Below are positions 38,783-45,695 of a stretch of DNA of 45,695 bases, in pieces. How positions within the stretch are numbered: position 1 is the first letter of the stretch; every line of letters begins with the position of its first letter. The notes under the pieces are model-generated. The model was not told the origin of the DNA, ran no database searches, and saw only the letters and a list, made by a program, of their open reading frames with translations. The DNA is from an uncultured Dyadobacter sp. (GTDB taxonomy: Bacteria; Bacteroidota; Bacteroidia; Cytophagales; Spirosomataceae). The stretch lies in the NCBI GenBank assembly GCA_937880795.1, contig CALGRQ010000266.1:1-45695 (forward strand), in the 5' to 3' direction. The position numbers and the translations under genes are program-made.

Positions 38783-40039
38783 TTATAAATTCGCTCTTCC
38801 TGATTCCTCCTTTTTCGGAAATGCCAGCCACACAAAATATCCTGTCAGCAAAACAATGGCTGTTTGCATCAAATAATCGGTGAGCAATTCCGTCGAAGAA
38901 ACAATATCAAGCGGTGCCATATAACACGGCATTCCAAGCCGCCACCAGTAAGATGGGTGAATGACACAAAGTACATTGAAAATAAGCAACAAGATCACCT
39001 GGGTACGATTGTTCCAGTTGATGACATAAAATACCAACGGCAATAAAAACAGGAATATATAATTACTATATGCGCTTTGTTGAGCCACCATCATCGTAGC
39101 ATATAGCACCACCCAAACACGGGAAAGCATCACACGGAAATCCGCATGGCGGAGCCTCCAGGCCGCTATACATGCCAAACCAACGGAAGCGACCAAGCCA
39201 ATCCAATTCCAGAATTTTTGTCCAACACCTATATGGTTGTAAAACCACGGATTGAGAATGGCCGGGACATTCGGCGCGCGCAGGGTTTGCGCCTCATCCA
39301 TCGGTTGTGTAAACTCCCAGCCCACCAATGGATAAAGTATACCCAGCGATAAAATTCCAATGATGATCATCGGAATCATGAACTTGACCTTTTCCTTTTC
39401 CAGAAAAAAAAGTGGTACTAGAATCAGAACAAAAATGGCCTTGGTCATCAGCAAACCAATGGCCAATATAACAGAATACCACGTGACACTAACTTTACGT
39501 TCACGAACCAGATAGGCCAGCGCAACAAACAACCACATCCAAACATCCTCCTGAGCACCCACAACGCAAAGAATGAGTGATCCGGGCAAGACATAATAGA
39601 TCAGAGCACGGTATAGAAACGTACCCTTAGACTGAAATGAACGGTAAAAGTGCCATGAAACCCATAGCGCAAGACCATCCATGACGGTCATGGTAAACAC
39701 GATCATTTTCGGGTCGTACCATAACTTAAGCCAAATTCCCAAGAAATAAGGATACAATGGTGAGTAAGGAGACCAAAAATCTCGATAAACAACCATACCC
39801 TGAGAAGCTTTACTGCCTTCATCCCAAAAGCCATTTACATCAGATGTCGGAGCCATATTGGCCACAATGTAAATCGCAATAAAAGGTAATAACCGAAATA
39901 AAACCCATCCTGCAATTAAGGTCAATCTAACCCCTTTGTTTTCCAACCAAGATGTCAACGCCTTCCTTTTGAGGAGCATTAAAAGCAATAGGACTACACA
40001 GACTATACTGATGCCTAGTTTGGCCAAAACTATATTCAT
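38783..40039 (-). CDS. Polytopic membrane protein, GT-C fold glycosyltransferase-like (GT87/DUF2029-like)
   Basis: About 11-12 hydrophobic segments. PTSDV...GMVVYRDFWSPYSPLYPY and GAQEDVW motifs. Confidence 0.65.
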   Translation of the reverse strand: MNIVLAKLGISIVCVVLLLLMLLKRKALTSWLENKGVRLTLIAGWVLFRLLPFIAIYIVANMAPTSDVNGFWDEGSKASQGMVVYRDFWSPYSPLYPYFLGIWLKLWYDPKMIVFTMTVMDGLALWVSWHFYRSFQSKGTFLYRALIYYVLPGSLILCVVGAQEDVWMWLFVALAYLVRERKVSVTWYSVILAIGLLMTKAIFVLILVPLFFLEKEKVKFMIPMIIIGILSLGILYPLVGWEFTQPMDEAQTLRAPNVPAILNPWFYNHIGVGQKFWNWIGLVASVGLACIAAWRLRHADFRVMLSRVWVVLYATMMVAQQSAYSNYIFLFLLPLVFYVINWNNRTQVILLLIFNVLCVIHPSYWWRLGMPCYMAPLDIVSSTELLTDYLMQTAIVLLTGYFVWLAFPKKEESGRANL

Positions 40040-41307
40040 GCTGTTGCCAGGTTAGACGGAAGAACCACTTTACGGTATGTTTCCCGCAGCACCCAAAAGA
40101 AACAAAGCACATTTAAGACCTGAAGGACGTATTCAAATAGATATGAAACATTGGCAAACATCGCCGGCGATACATAAGCAGGTTGTTTGAGATATACCCA
40201 AATAAACGGTTGTACCACAGTTAGCCAATTCAGTACAAGAAGTATAACAACGTGTTTTGTCTTTCTGATATCAATAATTTCAAAAAGCACTGCCATGATA
40301 TAAGCAATTACATAAGCACCCATGGCGCTAGCCTGAAAAATCATCATACACACGAAGCACGCAATAAAAATGCCGGGTAATACCTCACTCACATGCCTAT
40401 GTCTTGCTTTGTATGCCATATAGACCGGTACAAACACCGTGAATAAGAGTCCAAACCAGTTAATCATGGTTGATTTCTTCTCATTGATATGAAAAATAAG
40501 CTCTACCCACGGTCTGCTTATCGAAAACAAATTCGGTGTCATCAATTGCTCGGTGTGCTGAATCGGCATCAGGAACAGATCTCCAATTTGCCAATATAGA
40601 AAGCCAACAGCAGGAATTCCCACCGCTGCCATTGTAAGAAGCATTTTCATTGGCCTTTTCACCATCACCAGCAAAGCAGGAAGTAAGAAAATAAACGTGA
40701 CCTTAATCGTGAGTAGCGTCATGGCATATAGCAGCCCGATACCCACTTCATAATTATCCCGGTTTTTAATCGTATAACGCCAGATTAACAATGCCGCTCC
40801 CCAAAACCAAACCTCCTCTTGTCCATCTACCAAAATATACATAAATGCAGCCGGTAACATAAAGTATATGACCGCCAGTTGTAATGCCTTGGTTGTTCTA
40901 TCCTTATAAGTCTGGTAAGTAAGCCATAAAATACCCGCTTCCATCAGAACCATAAAAAGAACAATAGCCCGCGAATTATGCCATATCCAGACCGGAATAC
41001 TGATTATATAGGCATATAATGGTGCATGATACGACCAGAAATCGCGATATACGAAACCGCCTTGCTTGGCTGCTTCCGCTTTGTAGAAGAAAAATGGAAT
41101 ATCTCCCCGAGGATCCTCGTTGATCACCAGGAAAATTCCAATCCAAGGTATAAGTCTGAAAATGACAAATGCCATGGAAAAAATTAGCTTGTCTTTATCA
41201 AACTGCCACTTTGCAAAAAGTTCTGATCGGCTAATCGTCCAGATTATTCCAATCGTAAGCCCGAGATTGATGAGCAGTTTTAAATAGAAGACTGTAAGGA
41301 CAGGCAT
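40036..41307 (-). CDS. Polytopic membrane protein, GT-C fold glycosyltransferase-like, paralog of the downstream gene
   Basis: PRGDI...GGFVYRDFWSYHAPLYAY and DGQEEVW motifs. 4-bp ATGA overlap with the next gene. Confidence 0.65.
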   Translation of the reverse strand: MPVLTVFYLKLLINLGLTIGIIWTISRSELFAKWQFDKDKLIFSMAFVIFRLIPWIGIFLVINEDPRGDIPFFFYKAEAAKQGGFVYRDFWSYHAPLYAYIISIPVWIWHNSRAIVLFMVLMEAGILWLTYQTYKDRTTKALQLAVIYFMLPAAFMYILVDGQEEVWFWGAALLIWRYTIKNRDNYEVGIGLLYAMTLLTIKVTFIFLLPALLVMVKRPMKMLLTMAAVGIPAVGFLYWQIGDLFLMPIQHTEQLMTPNLFSISRPWVELIFHINEKKSTMINWFGLLFTVFVPVYMAYKARHRHVSEVLPGIFIACFVCMMIFQASAMGAYVIAYIMAVLFEIIDIRKTKHVVILLVLNWLTVVQPFIWVYLKQPAYVSPAMFANVSYLFEYVLQVLNVLCFFWVLRETYRKVVLPSNLATA

Positions 41308-41363
41308 GTGTATTAAATAACAGTAGTGAAAGAATGATGAAGTATGTGTATATAATTAAGGCG

Positions 41364-41371
41364 CAAACTTA
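41364..41371 (-). promoter_or_regulatory. Sigma70 -7 box for the GT-C pair
   Basis: Minus-strand TAAGTTTG, 56 nt upstream of the start codon. Confidence 0.55.
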
Positions 41372-41430
41372 AGATATCTTTTTTTCAAAATAGAGCCCAA
41401 TTCACAAAGTTTTAAAGCAGTTGTAAATTC

Positions 41431-41444
41431 GTATGCTTGCATAC
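41431..41444. promoter_or_regulatory. Candidate operator upstream of the acyl-CoA dehydrogenase
   Basis: Perfect inverted repeat GTATGC-TT-GCATAC directly after the -7-like TAAATTCG. Confidence 0.5.
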
Positions 41445-41496
41445 TATATTTCAAAATGATATTTTTATTACTCATATCCAATAACCTTCAAGTCTT

Positions 41497-42663
41497 ATGT
41501 CCAATACAACAACACCAAACGGTATGGATTTTAACCTGAATGAGGAACATCTGGCAGTACAGGAAGCGGCACGAGATTTTGCCACAAATGACCTTCTACC
41601 TGGCGTTATTACTAGAGATGAGGAACAAAAATTTGGTCCCGAATTAATCAAAAAAATGGGAGAGCTTGGTTTTCTCGGTATGATGGTGGCACCTGAATAT
41701 GGTGGCGGAGGAATGGACACCCTATCATATGTGATTGCCATGGAAGAGATTTCCAAAATAGACGCTTCGGCTTCGGTGATGATGTCGGTCAACAACTCAC
41801 TGGTATGCTGGGGACTCGAAACCTATGGAGATGAAGACCAAAAACGAAAGTATTTAACACCACTAGCAACAGGCAAAGTAATTGGTGCCTTTTGCTTATC
41901 CGAACCCGAGGCAGGTTCTGACGCCACTTCGCAACATACTACGGCTATAGATGCGGGTGAGCATTATATACTGAACGGAACTAAAAACTGGATTACAAAC
42001 GGCAATTCCTCATCCATCTGTTTGGTCATTGCACATACGCATCCCGAAAAAGCCCATAAAGGCATCAATGCATTTATTGTCGAAAAGGGTACCGAAGGGT
42101 TTGTAGTCGGCAAAAAGGAAGACAAAATGGGTATACGCGCCTCCGATACGCATACACTCATGTTTTCGGATGTAAAGGTGCCCAAAGCCAATAGAATTGG
42201 TGAGGATGGTTTCGGCTTTAAATTCGCCATGAGCACTTTAAATGGTGGCAGAATTGGGATAGCAGCACAAGCACTTGGCATCGCATCGGGCGCCTATGAA
42301 CGATCCCTTCAATATTCCAAAGAACGTAAAACCTTTGGTAAACCGATCAGCGAACATCAGGCCATTCAGTTTAAATTATCCGAAATGGCAACCCGTATAG
42401 AAGCGGCGCGACTACTGGTTTATAAAGCTGCTAGACTGAAAGATCAGGGTAAAGATTATATTAAAGCCGCGGCAATGGCCAAGCTATTCGCGTCGGACGT
42501 TGCCATGTGGGTCACCACCGAGGCCGTACAAATTCACGGAGGTTATGGCTATGTAAAGGAATATCATGTAGAAAGACACATGAGGGACGCAAAAATTACC
42601 CAGATTTACGAAGGTACCTCTGAAATACAAAAACTCGTTATCGCTCGTGAAATTCTGAAATGA
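41497..42663 (+). CDS. Acyl-CoA dehydrogenase (short-chain/butyryl-CoA type)
   Basis: FCLSEPEAGSDA, NGTKNWITNG, KMGIRASDT, QIHGGYGY and IYEGTSEIQ motifs. Confidence 0.95.
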   Translation: MSNTTTPNGMDFNLNEEHLAVQEAARDFATNDLLPGVITRDEEQKFGPELIKKMGELGFLGMMVAPEYGGGGMDTLSYVIAMEEISKIDASASVMMSVNNSLVCWGLETYGDEDQKRKYLTPLATGKVIGAFCLSEPEAGSDATSQHTTAIDAGEHYILNGTKNWITNGNSSSICLVIAHTHPEKAHKGINAFIVEKGTEGFVVGKKEDKMGIRASDTHTLMFSDVKVPKANRIGEDGFGFKFAMSTLNGGRIGIAAQALGIASGAYERSLQYSKERKTFGKPISEHQAIQFKLSEMATRIEAARLLVYKAARLKDQGKDYIKAAAMAKLFASDVAMWVTTEAVQIHGGYGYVKEYHVERHMRDAKITQIYEGTSEIQKLVIAREILK

Positions 42664-42759
42664 CCTATAATAGGCCCTCAGATTCATTTTATTCTAAATC
42701 TAGGACTAAAATCATATCAAAATATCACTTTTTTTCAATTTTTTGTCTGTATATAGTTG

Positions 42760-42793
42760 TATTAGTTTTGTACAATTTATTAGATTTGTACAA
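42760..42793 (+). promoter_or_regulatory. Tandem 16-bp direct repeat in the AraC-gene promoter
   Basis: TATTAGTTTTGTACAA (42760-42775) and TATTAGATTTGTACAA (42778-42793). Each copy contains a TAnnTTTG box. Confidence 0.6.
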
Positions 42794-42835
42794 AATTTGA
42801 AAGTTTGGCACTTAAGCCGCTAAATATATACAAGC

Positions 42836-43765
42836 ATGGAAGACTATAATAAAATTATTGAGTCGTTGGGGGTAAAATTTGTGAAAGCTCGTCATATCCG
42901 GATTTTGCAACCAATTACGATCAAAAACTTTTACGACGTACAAAACTCTCTGACTATTCTATATGATGGAGAGGTATCATTTGGATCAGAAGAATCGCAG
43001 AAGGTTGAAGAGGGAGACATGTTATTTATCCCGGGTGGAAAACACGCAACCGTAACATATGGCAATTCACAGTCTGCTAAGGCTGTATCGAATGAGGAGT
43101 TCATGACCAATCGCGATAACTATATCGAAGCGGGTCACGATCCTGCTCTGATTGGTAAGCTACCAAACTCTTTCGGATTGATTTCATTCGAAGCAAAAGT
43201 TTTTGATACGGTAAACTTCTTTACTTCTCTGGACGTTCCACCGTTCTTGATTAAAAGAGATGACCAAATAGCTGCAACCATCAATCAGATTCTTTCCGAG
43301 GATATGCTTGACACGCCAGGTAAAGGTCGTATCATCAAAATCAAAACAGAAGAAGTCGTTATTGAGATCATTCGTTACATCCTGAAAAATAAACTGTTTG
43401 TGGAGCAACTTGTTACGAACAGTACATATTTCAAAGATCCACGACTCATTGACATTTTTGCATATATCAAGGATAACCTGGGAGGAGATCTTTCTAACAA
43501 GGTTTTGGCAAATGTTGCGAACGTTTCTGAAGACTACGTTGGGCAGTACTTCAAAATGCTTACCGGTATCAATCCACAGGATTATATTGAATATCAAAGA
43601 ATGGAAAAAGCGGTGGATCTGCTTCGTACTTCCAAGAAAAGCATACGCGCCATTGGATCTGATGTTGGCTACAAAGACACCGCTTATTTCTGTCGTCGTT
43701 TCAAAATGATGTTCGGTATACCAGCTGGTAAAATGCGTCGTCGTGAATCGCTAATGAACGTATAG
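42836..43765 (+). CDS. AraC family transcriptional regulator
   Basis: N-terminal cupin-like region (GDMLFIPGG) and C-terminal double HTH (LANVANVSEDYVGQYFK...VGYKDTAYFCRRFK). Confidence 0.93.
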   Translation: MEDYNKIIESLGVKFVKARHIRILQPITIKNFYDVQNSLTILYDGEVSFGSEESQKVEEGDMLFIPGGKHATVTYGNSQSAKAVSNEEFMTNRDNYIEAGHDPALIGKLPNSFGLISFEAKVFDTVNFFTSLDVPPFLIKRDDQIAATINQILSEDMLDTPGKGRIIKIKTEEVVIEIIRYILKNKLFVEQLVTNSTYFKDPRLIDIFAYIKDNLGGDLSNKVLANVANVSEDYVGQYFKMLTGINPQDYIEYQRMEKAVDLLRTSKKSIRAIGSDVGYKDTAYFCRRFKMMFGIPAGKMRRRESLMNV

Positions 43766-43779
43766 AAATTTTAATAATT

Positions 43780-43823
43780 AAAAAAATAGGAGCCAGCGCC
43801 AATGCACTGACTCCTATTTTTTT
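43780..43823. terminator. Bidirectional terminator between the AraC and DUF4440 genes
   Basis: AAAAAAATAGGAGCCAG...CTGACTCCTATTTTTTT. Confidence 0.8.
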
Positions 43824-43832
43824 GCCACCTCA

Positions 43833-44264
43833 TTACTTAACTGGCGTAAACTGAACGGCTGAAATCTTCCAATTCCCTGCCGACTTCACCACAATGACCA
43901 TATAAGCCAGGTCATTGTTGAAACTAATATTTTGCAATCGACCTCTGGCGCTCCAATTGCCGGTAACCACTGTTACATCGCCATAGCTTCGTGTCCGCAT
44001 ACTGGATAACATACCGGAGTCTACCGTGAGATAACCCTGAACGACCCCATCGATCAGAATATTCCGATCTATCAACTGACCATCAAAACTGGTGACGGAA
44101 AAATCCGAAGCCAGAATATTGTCCAATACAACATTGTCCTCATCGAGCAACGCCTTAAAAAACATAGAAGTGCAATCCTCAGCATTGGGGGGCTGAATGT
44201 ACTGGGCTCTAACTACCAATGATGTAATCAGAAATAAACCTAGCAAAGCAATTTTCTTTACCAT
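43833..44264 (-). CDS. Exported NTF2-like / DUF4440 protein
   Basis: Signal peptide (VRA-Q), LDNILASDF...DG, YGDVTVVTG and WKI terminal strand. Confidence 0.8.
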   Translation of the reverse strand: MVKKIALLGLFLITSLVVRAQYIQPPNAEDCTSMFFKALLDEDNVVLDNILASDFSVTSFDGQLIDRNILIDGVVQGYLTVDSGMLSSMRTRSYGDVTVVTGNWSARGRLQNISFNNDLAYMVIVVKSAGNWKISAVQFTPVK

Positions 44265-44451
44265 TTTACAGAATATCGTTTATTAATTACTAATGTGATT
44301 AATAAATACGATGATTCCAAACCACGAAAGTTACCTGGCGAGAACAGAGCAGGTTAAGTCAAATGAAGCGGCTAATCCTTTACAAAGATTTCATAACTAT
44401 TCATTATATGAGTAGTTTCGCTCATCAATCGTTCAAAGCAATACCTTTATC

Positions 44452-44835
44452 ATGTTTAATCGAATAATAATACTCGGTCTTCTTACAACGCTTATCTCCT
44501 GTTCTTCCAAACCTGATAAAATCGGGCGTCTGGACCTAAATAAATGGAGGAGCGACCGTGGTGCCTGCGACAGCAAGCGAACGGCCCTCATAGACGACTT
44601 TAAGGCTGAACAAAAGCAATTGTTGGGTAAATTTATAGATGAGGTAGGCGAACTATTAGGCCGCCCTGATATACATCAACTTGGTGAACGTAACGAAAAA
44701 TTTTACGTATACTTTTTGGAGAAAGGAACACATTGCGACGATATTAAAGCGCCCTCCAAAGCACGAAAAGTAATACTCAAATTTAATGCCGTAGGATTAC
44801 TTTCCGAAATTACCTACCAGGATAGGCCGTTGTAA
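44452..44835 (+). CDS. Small lipoprotein, SmpA/BamE-like fold
   Basis: Lipobox LIS-C. EVGELLGRPD...YVYFL...LKFN pattern resembles SmpA/OmlA. Confidence 0.6.
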   Translation: MFNRIIILGLLTTLISCSSKPDKIGRLDLNKWRSDRGACDSKRTALIDDFKAEQKQLLGKFIDEVGELLGRPDIHQLGERNEKFYVYFLEKGTHCDDIKAPSKARKVILKFNAVGLLSEITYQDRPL

Positions 44836-44887
44836 GGATGAGAACGTGTTTATATACACGGTGCAGTTATTTTCGATGGAGAAATTC

Positions 44888-45460
44888 TCAAACATAAAAC
44901 TTCTTCACCCGTATCATTTGCTCTACCGGCTCGGGAACCATATAGCGGATGGACGAGCCTTCTTTTAGACAGGCCCTTAGATACGTTGCAGATATATCCA
45001 ACAAGGGCGCCTCTACAAACCGTACCGCAGGATGATTTTTAAATATGTGAGGAGCTGAATTGGGCCGTGGATATACATACAAACCTACGTATTCCAGGAT
45101 TTTGTCATGATTCTTCCATTTCGGGAATTGTGCCAAATTGTCTTCTCCCATAATCAGCTTAAATTCATGCTGAGGAAACTTCTCCTGTATACGAACCAGC
45201 GTGTCAATGGTGTAGCTGGGGCGTGGCATATGGAATTCAACGTCCGTGACTTTCAAAAGGGGATTATCGGCAATGGCACGTTGTACCATATCGTACCTGT
45301 CAAACTCATGCAACAGGCTGCTATTTTTTTTGAAAGGATTTTGAGGACTTACGACAAACCAAACCTGTTCAAGGTCGGTAGCGGATGCCATTCTATTGGC
45401 TATTATCAAATGACCCACGTGGATAGGGTTAAATGATCCAAAAAACAGGCCAATTTTCAT
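44888..45460 (-). CDS. nadD: Nicotinate-nucleotide adenylyltransferase
   Basis: FFGSFNPIHVGH, PSYTIDTL, MGEDN, WKN and ISAT motifs. Confidence 0.97.
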   Translation of the reverse strand: MKIGLFFGSFNPIHVGHLIIANRMASATDLEQVWFVVSPQNPFKKNSSLLHEFDRYDMVQRAIADNPLLKVTDVEFHMPRPSYTIDTLVRIQEKFPQHEFKLIMGEDNLAQFPKWKNHDKILEYVGLYVYPRPNSAPHIFKNHPAVRFVEAPLLDISATYLRACLKEGSSIRYMVPEPVEQMIRVKKFYV

Positions 45461-45483
45461 GGTATACAGCGTATTTGAGGCAA

Positions 45484-45695
45484 TTAAGAGGCTATGAAAT
45501 CTAAAACTATCTGCTCGGCCTTCTGAAGTGTTTCCGACAAATCGTCATTCACAAGGGTGATATCAAATTTATCTTCGAAACTAAGCTCATAACGCACCTT
45601 ACCCAATCTGGTTTCCAACGACTTGTCGGACTCGGTACCTCTACCGCTCAGTCGACGGATTATTTCTTGCTCAGACGATACTTTTACGAAAACGG
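45484..45695 (-). CDS. gmk: Guanylate kinase (C-terminal part; 5' end outside the window)
   Basis: Manual translation: VFVKVSSEQEIIRRLSGRGTESDKSLETRLGKVRYELSFEDKFDITLVNDDL...FIAS*. gmk-nadD adjacency is typical of Bacteroidota. Confidence 0.92.
   Translation of the reverse strand, partial: VFVKVSSEQEIIRRLSGRGTESDKSLETRLGKVRYELSFEDKFDITLVNDDLSETLQKAEQIVLDFIAS

Noticed and set aside
1-45695. CRISPR array, IS element or prophage
   Set aside because: No regularly spaced repeats, transposase, integrase or phage genes found by eye.

Overview
A mostly housekeeping 45.7-kb chromosomal segment of a Bacteroidota bacterium. Gene content and TAnnTTTG promoter boxes suggest Cytophagales (Dyadobacter/Spirosoma-like; inference). 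Gene order: upp (partial), RemB/Wzi-like outer-membrane protein, nadC, HhH/beta-barrel protein, recQ, GMC oxidoreductase, RidA, asd, isolated nuoD, GHL10 lipoprotein, eukaryote-like GT3 glycogen synthase, prmA, a 1553-aa exported unknown, plsY, M20 dipeptidase, TPR protein, hpt, beta-CASP nuclease, tRNA-Leu(CAG), a T9SS cargo protein, nagB-PIG-L fusion, glyA, TPR protein, ribH, lysC, serS, two tandem GT-C-like membrane proteins, acyl-CoA dehydrogenase, AraC regulator, DUF4440 protein, BamE-like lipoprotein, nadD, gmk (partial). I saw no integrase, transposase, phage gene or CRISPR array, and no clear-cut new system. The best leads are the tandem GT-C pair, the 1553-aa beta-rich protein with an embedded winged-helix-like segment, tRNA-Leu(CAG) with A37 instead of G37, the GT3 synthase retaining the G6P allosteric motifs, the HhH-barrel fusion, and several candidate operators. 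Family calls come from motif recognition by eye, not database searches.
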